Shown: positions 9,888 to 19,806 of the stretch, in pieces
How positions within the stretch are numbered: the stretch's first letter is position 1
How the letters are laid out: each line of letters begins with the position of its first letter
Assembly: GCA_964291285.2 (NCBI GenBank)
Contig: OZ219787.1
Location: 800,001 to 864,000, forward strand
Reading direction: 5' to 3'
Origin: Alphaproteobacteria bacterium
GTDB taxonomy: Bacteria > Pseudomonadota > Alphaproteobacteria > Bin95
DNA length: 64,000 bases
The notes under the pieces: generated by a model
Databases searched by the model: none
The model's input: only the letters and a program-made list of their open reading frames with translations
Told to the model about the DNA's origin: nothing
Program-made: the position numbers and the translations under genes

Positions 9888-10818
9888 GAGCCTGACCCAA
9901 AAAGAGTTGAGCGGTTTCAAGGGATTGTGATTCAGTTCGGTTATGCATCTGAACGGAGCCACGAATGCCCTGGACCGAAACCGCTCGCCGGGAGTATCGG
10001 CGGGACTGCCCACGATATGCAAGCGATCTGACCGACGCTGAGTGGTCTCTGATCGAGCCCTTCATGCCGTTGCCCTGCCGTATCGGTCGCCCGCGCCAGA
10101 CCGATCTGCGCGAGGTCGTAAATGCGGTGCTGTATATGGCCACGACCGGTTGTCAGTGGCGCCAGCTGCCGAAGGACTTTCCGCCGGTCTCGACGGTGCA
10201 GCGCTATTTCTACGAGTGGCGCGACAACAGGCTGTGGCAGACGATCCGGTTCCACCTGGCCGTGCAGGCGCGCGAACGCGAGGGGCGCGAGGCCCAGCCG
10301 AGCGCGGGCGTGATCGACAGCCAGACGGTGAAAACCACGGAGGCAGGCGGGGTTAGCGGCTATGACGCCGGCAAGAAGGTCAAAGGGCGCAAGCGCCACG
10401 CTGTCGTCGACACCATCGGCATGCTCTTCGGCCTCGTCGTACATGCCGCCGACGTTCAGGACCGCGACGGCGCCCCGGCCGTGCTGAAATCCATCCGCCA
10501 CGCCTGCCCCTGGCTGCGTCATCTGTTCGCCGATGGCGGATATGCCGGGCCGAAACTGCGCGGCGCCCTCGACAGGATCGGCAAGTGGACGCTCGAAATC
10601 GTCAAACGCTCCGACACCGCCAACGGCTTCGAAGTCCTCCCCGGACGATGGGTCGTCGAACGCACCTTCGCATGGCTCGGGCGCTGCCGCAGGCTGGCAA
10701 AAGACTGGGAAAAATCCATCGCCTCAAGCGAAGCATGGATCAACATCGCCCATATCCGGCTCACAACACGCCGACTCGCAAGGCCTTGAAAAACTTCAGC
10801 GAGTTTCGAGTCAGGCTC
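9888..10818 (+). mobile_element. IS5-family (IS1031-group-like) insertion sequence, 931 bp
   Basis: TIR gagcctgac / gtcaggctc; TTA duplication at 9885-9887 and 10819-10821. Confidence 0.92.
9965..10789 (+). CDS. IS5-family transposase
   Basis: 'YASDLTDAEW', 'VIDSQTVK', 'GYDAGKKVKGRKRH', 'FADGGY', 'RWVVERTFAWL'. Confidence 0.95.
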   Translation: MPWTETARREYRRDCPRYASDLTDAEWSLIEPFMPLPCRIGRPRQTDLREVVNAVLYMATTGCQWRQLPKDFPPVSTVQRYFYEWRDNRLWQTIRFHLAVQAREREGREAQPSAGVIDSQTVKTTEAGGVSGYDAGKKVKGRKRHAVVDTIGMLFGLVVHAADVQDRDGAPAVLKSIRHACPWLRHLFADGGYAGPKLRGALDRIGKWTLEIVKRSDTANGFEVLPGRWVVERTFAWLGRCRRLAKDWEKSIASSEAWINIAHIRLTTRRLARP

Positions 10819-12515
10819 TTACACAGAGCGATTCGGCATTCCGCTACGCGCCGTCGGTCGATGTGTTCACCTTCGACATAACTGACGAAAACGGAGAATT
10901 ACTAACGGCGATCAACAGGGCAGCGACAGCGGCCGGCTCGAATTTTCAAGCAGACAGTGATGACCGGTTCGCCGTGGGGCACCGCTTCGTGGGCCACGGC
11001 AACCGGGACTGGGTGTGGGATACCGAGGAATACGACATTTCCCTGGGTATTACGGGCCGGCTGGCGGAGGGCCTCGGCTACGATGCGCGCCTCGACGCCT
11101 GGCGGTTTGACAGCTTCCTGACCGGCAACACCCTGGTGCATGGCCCGACGATCCAGACAGCCGTCCGGGAGGGACACTACGACCTCGTGAACCCGTTAAG
11201 CCCGTTTCCTAGAGGGTCTGACGAAGACAGGGCAGCGCATCTGGATGCCATAAGGGACAGCAGCCTGCAGGAGGAACAGGATTCCGGCGCGGAGAGCCTT
11301 TCGGCCCGGTTTGCGCTGGAGGGGTCCGGCTTCGCGGTCGGCGGCCGCGATGCGGCATGGACCGCGGGGGTTGAACTGGGGACGGTCGAGGTGCACCAGC
11401 TCCTGCGCTTTCGCGGCAATCGCGGCAAAGAATATGGGGCCGATGAACCCGCCGGGCCCTATGTGGCCAAAGTGACCGATGTGCTCGGGTCCGGCGGGGT
11501 CAGCTATGCCGGCGAGCGCAACACCGCCGCGGCCTTTGCGGAAATGTCCGTGCCGCTGGCCGACAGGCTGGACCTCAGGGTCGCGGGGCGCGGCGTCGAA
11601 TATGACGATGTAGGCGGGCTGGGGTCCTGGCGCGTCGGGGCCGAATTCCGCCCGACCGGCATCGTCGCGCTGCGCGGCTCCTGGAGCACGGGAGAAAACG
11701 CGCCCTCGATGGCGGACCTCTACAGCACCGAGGACCAGGACCATCCCTATATCCAGTGCGACCCGGGAAGTCCTCCGCAACCTTGCGCGCGGCGGCCCAA
11801 CCGCCGGCAGGTGACCCGTGAGGCGAGCGGCAACCCGCGGCTCGATCCTTCGGAAGTGGAGAGGCTCGCCATCGGCGCCGAGGCCCGCCAGGGACCGTTC
11901 TTCCTGGCCGCGGAGTGGTACCGGCTCTCGGTGACCGGGCAGCCGGCGCTGAACACCGCGACCTGGGCCATGCTGAATCTGCCCGAATGCCCCATGGGCG
12001 GCAGCAACTGCATCCAGCGCAATGGCGGCGACATCACCATTCACCAGAGCTACGACAACATCCTCGATTCCGAGATTTCGGGCATCAATACCCGCTTCGG
12101 CGGCGGCATGAGGACGAGTTGGGGCGTTGTCGGCATGCGGGGAGCCTGGCGGCACGTCCTCGACGCGGAACACCGCTTCGCGGGCCGCAAGGACCGGTTC
12201 GTCATCGCCCGGAACGCCGTCCGCGTCGGGTTCCTGGCGCGGCGCGGCAATCTGACCGCCATCTGGACCGCCAATTACCGCGCCGGCTTCAAGAACCAGG
12301 ATGGTAGCGGGGAGTTCCCGTCCTGGACCGGCCACGACCTGTCGGTGGACTGGGCGGACCCGCTGGGGCTGGACGGCGCCAGGGTCTCGGCCGGCGTGTT
12401 CAATCTCACCGACACGAAGCTCTCGACGGACACCTCCGACCCCTCCGCTACGGACGGACCCGTCGCGGCCGGCTGGGGGCGCACCTTCTTCCTCACCCTC
12501 AACATGCGCTTCTGA
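10819..12515 (+). pseudogene. TonB-dependent receptor, 3' barrel part
   Basis: Resumes in frame (..L TQSDSAFRY); 'GNPRLDPSE', 'GVFNLTD', terminal 'GRTFFLTLNMRF'. Rejoined gene is about 848 aa. Confidence 0.88.
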
Positions 12516-12699
12516 GAAGAGCGTTGCCGGGTCCGGGAGCTCAGCTGCGTGCGGCCTTCCGGCATTTTGCGGGATCGGGACGAGGATCGTAAGTGAACGC
12601 TGTCGCCGATGGCTCCGCAGTCGTTCCGATGCAGGCCGTGACATCGGCGGGACATCCGGGCTAAGGTCCGCGCTCGGTTTGTCCTTCCGGAGGGGGCCG

Positions 12700-13836
12700 G
12701 TGGCGAAACGGATGGAGGATGCGCTCGGCGATCTGCCCAGGCTGAAGCGGCTGATCCAGGCGAGCGAATTCGACCTTGTCGTGGCCGCCTCGCCGGAGAA
12801 CGTGCTCTATACGAGCGACGTCTTCATCTCGACCCAGGTCGACATCCGCGACCGGCTGGCGCTGGTCGTCTGGGACGGGGTGCGCGAGCCGGCGTTCATC
12901 CTCTGCCGGGTGGAGGAGGGCTTCGCGCGGGAAGAGGGCTGGATCACCGACATCCGCGCCTACAAGGAGTTCGTCACCTCGCCCGTGGACATGCTGGCGG
13001 AGGCGATCGACGAGCTTGGAGCCTCGCGCGGGCATGTCGGGCTGGAGCTCGACTACCTGCCGGCGGTCTATTACGAGCGGCTGCGGTCATTGCTGCCGAA
13101 TGCGCGGTTCGGGCGCGCGGAGCCGGTGTTCGACCGCGCCCGCGTCATCAAGACGCCGCGCGAGCGCGAGCGCCTCGCCGAAGGCTTCCGGGGCACCGAA
13201 CGCGCGCTGAAGGAAGCCTTCCTGGCGACGCGGCCGGGCGACACGGAGCGCGACATGTGCTTCCGCCTCGCCGACGGCATCCTGCGCCACGGCGCGGAAT
13301 CGGTGGCGTTCACGCACATCAACGGCGGGCCCAACACCGGCTTTCCGCACAAGGACCCGTCGGACTACCGCGTGAAGCGCGGCGACATACTGAAGGCCGA
13401 TGCGGGCGGGCGCTACGGGCGCTACTACTCGAATGTCGGCCGCACGGCGAAGCTCGGGCCGCTGGGCGACGAGGACCGGTCCTGGTGGTCGCGGCTGCGT
13501 GAAATCCACCACGAACTGATCGACATGGTCCGGCCGGGCAATACCGGGCGGCAATTGTTCGAGCGCGCGACCGTGCTGCACGAGCGCCACGGCATTCCCT
13601 TCCCCTACGCGCATAACGGCCACGGGCTCGGCCTGCTGGTGCATGAGCGCCCGCTCATCAGCCCGCATGAGGACATGGCCTTCGAGCCGGGTATGATGAG
13701 CACGATCGAGACGCGCGTGCGCTGGGTGGGCAAGTGCGGCTACCACATGGAGGATTTGCTGGAGGTGACGGAGGGCGGACCCGTGCTGCGCTCCGACTAT
13801 TTCGACAATGAGGAGATCCTCGTCGTCGAAGCGTGA
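12700..13836 (+). CDS. M24 (Xaa-Pro peptidase/creatinase-like) family hydrolase
   Basis: Creatinase-N domain 'SPENVLYTS'; 'HNGHGLG', 'HMED'; GTG start after GGAGG. Confidence 0.85.
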   Translation: MAKRMEDALGDLPRLKRLIQASEFDLVVAASPENVLYTSDVFISTQVDIRDRLALVVWDGVREPAFILCRVEEGFAREEGWITDIRAYKEFVTSPVDMLAEAIDELGASRGHVGLELDYLPAVYYERLRSLLPNARFGRAEPVFDRARVIKTPRERERLAEGFRGTERALKEAFLATRPGDTERDMCFRLADGILRHGAESVAFTHINGGPNTGFPHKDPSDYRVKRGDILKADAGGRYGRYYSNVGRTAKLGPLGDEDRSWWSRLREIHHELIDMVRPGNTGRQLFERATVLHERHGIPFPYAHNGHGLGLLVHERPLISPHEDMAFEPGMMSTIETRVRWVGKCGYHMEDLLEVTEGGPVLRSDYFDNEEILVVEA

Positions 13837-13889
13837 GCCCCGGCAGGGGGAATGAACACGGGAGCAACGGGAGAAGCTGGGGAGATACC

Positions 13890-14816
13890 ATGCTCAAGAG
13901 AATTGCACTGGCCGCCGCGGCGGCAACGGCCTTCGCGGGGATAACCGGAAGCGCCGGCGCATATCCGGACAAGCCGATCACGCTGATCGTGCCCTACAAG
14001 GCAGGCGGCACCACGCACACCAAGTCGATGGTGCTGTCCAAGGCGCTCGGGAAGGAACTCGGCGGCACGGTCGTGGTCAAGACCCGTCCCGGCGCCGGCA
14101 GCGCGGTCGGCGTGACCTTCCTGTCCAAGGCGAAGCCCGACGGATACACCATCGCCTACACGGACCTCGGCAACATGATCTGGAACCCGATGACCAAGAA
14201 GGATGTCGCCTACACGGTGGACGGCATCCGGCTCATCGCGGGCATCAGCGAATACCAGCTGGCGCTCATTTCCACGCCGGACAAGCCGTTCAAGACGCTC
14301 AAGGAACTGCTCGAATATACGAAGACGAACCCGCTCAATGTCGCCGACATGGGCGGCATGTCGAAGACCTTCATCAATTACATCGCCGCGAAGGAGGGTG
14401 TGAAGTGGACGGCGATCCCGACGCGCGGCGGCGGCGAGATGGTGCCGTTCCTGCTCGGCGGCAAGATCGACTTCGCCTTCAGCGGCGGCATCCACCAGAA
14501 GCACGGCGACAAGATGGTCGTGCTGGCGTCGTTCCTCGCGGACGGCCTGGCGAAGGATCCCGACGCGCCGACGACCCAGGACCTCTACGGCATCGCCATG
14601 CCCGGCAACTCCGTGCTGGCGGCCCCGGCCGGGCTTCCCGACGAGATCGCGATGAAACTGGAGGCGGCGGCCAAGGCGGCGATGGACGACCCGGACTTCA
14701 CCCAGGTGCTGCAGAACATCCAGTTTCCGAAGCGCTTCATCCCGTCGTCCGAGATGAACGCTTTCGTGGCCGATGTCACGAAGAGCCTTCAGGAGGTCGT
14801 CGAGGCGACGAAATAG
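13890..14816 (+). CDS. Tripartite tricarboxylate transporter substrate-binding protein (TctC/Bug)
   Basis: Signal peptide; 'YPDKPITLIVPYKAGG', 'PGAGSAVG', 'KPDGYTI'. Confidence 0.92.
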   Translation: MLKRIALAAAAATAFAGITGSAGAYPDKPITLIVPYKAGGTTHTKSMVLSKALGKELGGTVVVKTRPGAGSAVGVTFLSKAKPDGYTIAYTDLGNMIWNPMTKKDVAYTVDGIRLIAGISEYQLALISTPDKPFKTLKELLEYTKTNPLNVADMGGMSKTFINYIAAKEGVKWTAIPTRGGGEMVPFLLGGKIDFAFSGGIHQKHGDKMVVLASFLADGLAKDPDAPTTQDLYGIAMPGNSVLAAPAGLPDEIAMKLEAAAKAAMDDPDFTQVLQNIQFPKRFIPSSEMNAFVADVTKSLQEVVEATK

Positions 14817-14875
14817 GTCCGGGAACCGGGGCGCCTCCGGGCGCTCCGGCCCGGATCGGCGCTCGGGCCCCTTTT

Positions 14876-15006
14876 CGTCACCCCGGACTTGATCCGGGGT
14901 CCAGCCTTGGCTTTCTCGGCGGGCGCAGGCGGTACGGTTCCGTCTCGAACGGCTGCGGCGGGCGCAGAGGGTCCGGGATGGACCCCGGATCAAGTCCGGG
15001 GTGACG
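14876..15006. repeat. REP-like element: perfect 28-bp inverted repeat whose arms are themselves hairpins
   Basis: cgtcaccccggacttgatccggggtcca (14876-14903) and its reverse complement (14979-15006). Confidence 0.85.
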
Positions 15007-15122
15007 GGATGAGGCGCGGGGCGGCAGATGAGAACACACGCGATGCAAAGCCGCCGGAAACGGATGCGCGAACCCGATAGCCGGCAAGCGGGAGGGGAGC
15101 ACAGCCGCATGAGGCCGCGCTC

Positions 15123-15617
15123 TTGAGAACGACCCACATATGGGCGGGACTGCTGCTGGTCCTGGTGTCGGTCTGGTGCCTGTTCTGGGTGATCCCGGAC
15201 AACACCTACCCGCCCGACAGCGAGCTCGACCTTGCGCCCTCGCTGGTGCCGTCCATCGCCATCGGGGCCTGCCTGGTGCTGGCGGCGGTCATGGCGGTGC
15301 AGGCCATCTTCGGCGGCAGGAGGGTCGAGGCCGGCGAGGACCATCTGGACGAGGAGTTCGGCGCGGAGGCGACGGGCGCGAGCGGCCATGTGCTGCTGAA
15401 CCTGCTCATCTGGTTCGCTGTCGCCTGCGCCTCCTGGTTCCTGATCGAGCATGTCGGCTTCGAGCCGGCCATGACGCTCTTCCTGGTCGCGACCATGCTG
15501 TTCGTCGGCGCACGCAACCCCTGGACCATCGCGCTGGTCTCGCTTGCCACGCCCATCGTGCTCTCGCAGGCGGCCTACCAGTTCTTCAACACCGAACTCC
15601 CCGCCTTCTGGCGCTGA
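15123..15617 (+). CDS. TTT small permease (TctB)
   Basis: 4 TM segments, C-terminal 'FFNTELP'; between the TctC and TctA genes. Confidence 0.8.
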   Translation: MRTTHIWAGLLLVLVSVWCLFWVIPDNTYPPDSELDLAPSLVPSIAIGACLVLAAVMAVQAIFGGRRVEAGEDHLDEEFGAEATGASGHVLLNLLIWFAVACASWFLIEHVGFEPAMTLFLVATMLFVGARNPWTIALVSLATPIVLSQAAYQFFNTELPAFWR

Positions 15618-15641
15618 ACGCGGCGGGAACGGGCGCGTCGC

Positions 15642-17195
15642 ATGGACATACTCAACAGCATGATCGGCGGCTTCGAGGCCGCGTTCACGCTCGTCAACCT
15701 CGCCTATATCTGCGTCGGCATCGTGCTCGGCATCATCTTCGGCGTGCTGCCGGGGCTCGGCAGCGTCACCGCGCTCGCCATGCTGATCCCGATCACCTTC
15801 TATTTCACGCCGCTCGCCGCCATCGCCTTCCTGGTCGGCATCAACAAGGGCGGCACATCGGGTGGGGCGATCCCGGCCATCCTCATCAATGCGCCCGGAA
15901 CGCCGGAAGCGGCGGCGACGGCGCTCGACGGCTACCCGCTCGCAAAGCAGGGCCGGCCGGAGAAGGCGATGAAGACGGCGCTCTACTCCTCCGTCTTCGG
16001 CGACACCTTCTCCGACATCGTGCTCATCCTGCTCGCCGCGCCCTTCGCGGCCATCGCGCTGACCTTCGGGCCGAACGAACTGACCACCATCATCCTGTTC
16101 TCCTTCACCATGATCGCGGCGCTGGCGGGCCGCTCGCTCGTGAAGGGGCTGATCGCCGCGGCGCTCGGCCTCTTCCTCAGCACATGGGGCCTCGACCCGG
16201 TGGACTCGACGGAGCGGATGACCTTCGGCACCATCTACCTCTTCGACGGCATCCCGCTCTTGCCCTTCGCCATCGGCACGCTGGCGCTGAGTTCCGTCCT
16301 CTCGCAGCTCTACGACATGCGCCGCGACCGGGGCAAACCGCCGCCGCCGCCTTTGCCGCCGGCCTCGCAGTTCCGGGCCGAGAACCGCATCGCGCCCCGC
16401 GAGTTCTGGGGCAACTGGAAGACGCTCATCCGCTCCGCCTGCATCGGCACCGGCGTCGGCATCCTGCCGGGCCTCGGTGTCACGCTCGCCGCTTTCCTCG
16501 GCTACGGGGCGGCCCGGCGCGCATCGCCGCGCGGGGACAATTTCGGCAAGGGCGAGCTTGAGGGCATCCAGGCGACGGAAGCGGCGAACAGCGCCGTGGT
16601 CGGCTCCAACCTCATTCCCACCATCGCGCTCGGCATTCCCGGCAATGTGGCGGCGGCGCTGCTCATCGGCGCGTTCATGATCCACGGCGTCGTGCCGGGG
16701 CCGCTGATGATGGTGAACCACGCCGAGCTCATCTACTCCATCTTCGCGTCCATGCTGATGGCCAATCTCGCCCATCTCATCATCGGGCGGGTGGGCATCC
16801 GCATCTGGGTCCAGTTCGTCAGGATCCCGAAGCACATCGTGCTGCCGACCGTCGTGCTGCTCTGCGTGGTCGGGGTCTATATTCCGACCAACTCCATGTT
16901 CGACGTGGGCATGCTGTTCCTGTTCGCCGGCGTCGGCTACCTGATGCGCAAGGCGGGCTTCTCCATCGTCTGCCTGGTGATCGGGTTCCTGCTCGGCGAG
17001 AATTTCGAGATCTATCTCCGGCAGACGGTGCTCATCAACAAGGCGGACCTGACCGTCCTGCTGACCAACCCGATTTCGCTCGCGTTCCTGCTGCTCACGC
17101 TGTTCTTCGTCTGGCATTTCGGGGTCCGCGTGCCGCTCCGGCAGAAGCGCGAGCGCGCCGCCGCCGCCAGGGAAACCGGCGCGGCATCCGACTGA
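15642..17195 (+). CDS. TTT large permease (TctA)
   Basis: 'GVLPGLG', 'ILINAPGTP', 'EAANSA...LGIPG'. Confidence 0.93.
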   Translation: MDILNSMIGGFEAAFTLVNLAYICVGIVLGIIFGVLPGLGSVTALAMLIPITFYFTPLAAIAFLVGINKGGTSGGAIPAILINAPGTPEAAATALDGYPLAKQGRPEKAMKTALYSSVFGDTFSDIVLILLAAPFAAIALTFGPNELTTIILFSFTMIAALAGRSLVKGLIAAALGLFLSTWGLDPVDSTERMTFGTIYLFDGIPLLPFAIGTLALSSVLSQLYDMRRDRGKPPPPPLPPASQFRAENRIAPREFWGNWKTLIRSACIGTGVGILPGLGVTLAAFLGYGAARRASPRGDNFGKGELEGIQATEAANSAVVGSNLIPTIALGIPGNVAAALLIGAFMIHGVVPGPLMMVNHAELIYSIFASMLMANLAHLIIGRVGIRIWVQFVRIPKHIVLPTVVLLCVVGVYIPTNSMFDVGMLFLFAGVGYLMRKAGFSIVCLVIGFLLGENFEIYLRQTVLINKADLTVLLTNPISLAFLLLTLFFVWHFGVRVPLRQKRERAAAARETGAASD

Positions 17196-17227
17196 ACGAC
17201 CGTTCCACTCCCCCGAGGCGAGGCGCC

Positions 17228-18775
17228 ATGTCCGACCGGCCGAACATCCTCTTCATCACCTCCGACCAGCAGCGCGCGGACTGCTACGGCTTCGCCGGCC
17301 GGCGCGTGAAGACCCCGCATCTGGACCGGCTGGCGGCGGAAGGGACGCATTTCGACGCCTGCATCACGCCGAACCTTGTGTGCCAGCCCTCGCGGGCCTC
17401 CATGCTGACCGGCCTCCTGCCGCTGACCCACGGCGTGGCGGACAACGGCATCGACCTGCGCCCGGAGGTGGGCGAGCGCGGCTTCGCGACGGCGCTGGGC
17501 GCGCAGGGCTACGACACGGCCTTCATCGGCAAGGCGCATTTCGCGACCAGCAGCACCTTCTCGCCGACCGGCACGCCGGAATGCAGCCACAGCACGGCCG
17601 GTTTCGACCCGTCCTGGTTCGGGCCCTATATGGGCTTCAGCCATGTCGAGCTGATGGTGCTCGGGCACTGGTTCCACCACCGCAGGGAGGCGTTCACGCC
17701 GCCGAACGGGCAGCATTTCGAGCGCTGGGCGTTCGAGGAGGCCGGTTATCCCGACATCTTCGACCTCTGGGCGGCCGAGACGCAGCCGGGCACGGGCGCG
17801 GCGCAGACCTGGAGTTCCGCCATGCCGGCCGCGGTGCACAGCAGCGCCTGGTGCGCGGACCGCACGATCGAGTGGCTGCAGAACCGGAAGGCGGACACGC
17901 CCTGTTGCGCGTGGGTCTCGTTCCCGGACCCGCACCATCCCTTCGACTGCCCGGAGCCCTGGAGCCTGCTGCACCATCCGGACGAGGTGGAACTGCCGGT
18001 CGAGGGCGGGAAGGACCTCGACCGCCGCCCCTGGTGGCACCGGGCCTCGCTGGAGCGCGAACCGGCGCTTGCCGACCCGAGTCTCAGGGATTTCCGCGCC
18101 AAGCTCTCGCGCGTGCCGGACCAGACCGAGGCGCAGCTGCGCGAGATGACGGCGAACTATTACGGCATGGTCTCGCTGATCGACCATTCCGTCGGGCGCA
18201 TCCTCATCGAGCTCGACCGGCTGGGCATGCGCGACAACACCATCGTCGTCTATTCGACCGACCATGGCGACCTGCTGGGCGACCACGGCCTCTACCTCAA
18301 GGGTCCGACGCCCTACGAAGCGCTGCTCAGGGTGGGCCTCCTCGCGCGCGGGCCCGGCATTCCCGCCGGACGGGTGGCGAAGGACCCGGTCTCCACCCTG
18401 GACCTGCCCGCGACCTTCTGCGACTACGCCGGCACGGCGCTCGATGAGCGCGCCCAGTCCGGGAGCCTGCGCGGCCTGTTCGAGAACGCGCCGGGCGCCG
18501 GGCGCGAGGTGGCCTACAGCGAGTGGAATGTGAATGCGAGCCGCTGCGGCGTGCCGCTGGAGCTGCGCACCGTGCGCACGAAGACGGCGAAGCTGACGCT
18601 GGAGCTGGGTTCCGGCGCGGGCGAGCTTTACGACCTTGCCAACGACCCGCATGAAATGGACAACCGCTTCGACGATCCGGGCGCGGCCGCGCTCCGCCGC
18701 GAGCTGGAGGAGATGGTTCACGCGCGGCCGGGCGAGGTGCTGGAAGCGTTCGACGAGCCCGTCGGCATGGCCTGA
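17228..18775 (+). CDS. Cys-type (formylglycine-dependent) sulfatase
   Basis: 'PNILFITSDQQR', C-x-P-x-R 'CQPSRASMLTG', 'STDHGDLLGDHG'. Confidence 0.92.
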   Translation: MSDRPNILFITSDQQRADCYGFAGRRVKTPHLDRLAAEGTHFDACITPNLVCQPSRASMLTGLLPLTHGVADNGIDLRPEVGERGFATALGAQGYDTAFIGKAHFATSSTFSPTGTPECSHSTAGFDPSWFGPYMGFSHVELMVLGHWFHHRREAFTPPNGQHFERWAFEEAGYPDIFDLWAAETQPGTGAAQTWSSAMPAAVHSSAWCADRTIEWLQNRKADTPCCAWVSFPDPHHPFDCPEPWSLLHHPDEVELPVEGGKDLDRRPWWHRASLEREPALADPSLRDFRAKLSRVPDQTEAQLREMTANYYGMVSLIDHSVGRILIELDRLGMRDNTIVVYSTDHGDLLGDHGLYLKGPTPYEALLRVGLLARGPGIPAGRVAKDPVSTLDLPATFCDYAGTALDERAQSGSLRGLFENAPGAGREVAYSEWNVNASRCGVPLELRTVRTKTAKLTLELGSGAGELYDLANDPHEMDNRFDDPGAAALRRELEEMVHARPGEVLEAFDEPVGMA

Positions 18776-18847
18776 CCGCCTCGGTTCAAAACGCCGCGCC
18801 CATGCTCTAAAAGACGCGGCAACGCAATGTAGCGAGGCCCGGCTCCC

Positions 18848-19435
18848 ATGCGCGAAGCGTCGATAGCGCGGAAGACGACGGAAACCGAGATCGATGTCCG
18901 GATTCGCCTGGACGGTGAGGGCCGCTACAGCGTCTCGACCGGCGTCGGCTTCCTCGACCACATGCTGGAACAACTGGCCCGGCACGGCCTCGTCGACCTC
19001 GAGATCGCCGCGAAGGGCGACCTGCACATCGACGCGCACCACACCACGGAGGACACCGGCATCGCCGTCGGACAGGCCGTGTCCGCCGCGCTCGGCGACC
19101 GGAAGGGCATAAGGCGCTACGGCCATGCCTACGTGCCGATGGACGAGGCCCTGGTGCGCGTCGCGCTCGACCTGTCCAACCGGCCTTACCTCATCTGGCA
19201 CGTGGAGATGCCGACCGAGAAGCTCGGCATTATGGACACGGAGCTGTTCCGGGAGTGGTTCCAGGCCTTTTCGCAGCATGCCGGCGCGACGCTGCACGTC
19301 GAATGCCTCTACGGCGCCAACACGCATCATATCGTCGAGGCCTGCTTCAAGGCGCTGGCGCGGGCGCTCAGGGCGGCCATGGAGATCGATCCGCGCCGGA
19401 GCGACGCCGTGCCGTCCACCAAGGGCAGCCTCTGA
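18848..19435 (+). CDS. hisB: Imidazoleglycerol-phosphate dehydratase
   Basis: 'DAHHTTED', '[11 protein letters not shown]', 'PSTKGSL'. Confidence 0.97.
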   Translation: MREASIARKTTETEIDVRIRLDGEGRYSVSTGVGFLDHMLEQLARHGLVDLEIAAKGDLHIDAHHTTEDTGIAVGQAVSAALGDRKGIRRYGHAYVPMDEALVRVALDLSNRPYLIWHVEMPTEKLGIMDTELFREWFQAFSQHAGATLHVECLYGANTHHIVEACFKALARALRAAMEIDPRRSDAVPSTKGSL

Positions 19436-19443
19436 GCGCCGCA

Positions 19444-19806
19444 ATGCGCATCTACACGATCCACCGCCGCAGCCGGGGTATCCTGGAGGAGCCCGAAATC
19501 CGCGCCGTCAAGGAGGGCTTCTGCTGGCCGGCGCTGTTCTTCGGGCCGTTCTGGGCGGCCTGGCGCGGCGAGTGGGCGGTCGCGGCGGCGCTGCTGGCGG
19601 CGCTTGCCGCCGCGGCCCTCCTTCCGGGGGCGTTCTTCTGGCTGTCGCTGCCGGCGCTGCTGCTGATTGCGCTCACGGCGGGTTTCGAGGGCAACGAGTT
19701 CGCGCGGCGGCGCCTCGACAGGCGCGGCTTTGCCGAAACCGCGCTCGCCGCCGGGCGGAATGCCGGCGAAGCCGAAGCGCGTTTCCTCGCCCGGTCGGCG
19801 CCGTGA
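19444..19806 (+). CDS. DUF2628-like membrane protein
   Basis: 'VKEGFCWPALFFGPFW'; usual position between hisB and hisH. Confidence 0.75.
   Translation: MRIYTIHRRSRGILEEPEIRAVKEGFCWPALFFGPFWAAWRGEWAVAAALLAALAAAALLPGAFFWLSLPALLLIALTAGFEGNEFARRRLDRRGFAETALAAGRNAGEAEARFLARSAP

Noticed and set aside
10533-12515. 660-aa ORF as an independent gene
   Set aside because: Its first ~95 codons are an alternative frame of the IS5 element running into the 3' half of the TonB receptor; no signal peptide or plug.
13797-19444. Very long minus-strand ORFs (1106 aa, 810 aa) and similar ones at 25910-27961, 34007-36568, 40874-43144, 43125-45818 and 47282-49279
   Set aside because: Antisense or alternative-frame shadows of real high-GC genes; no recognisable motifs.
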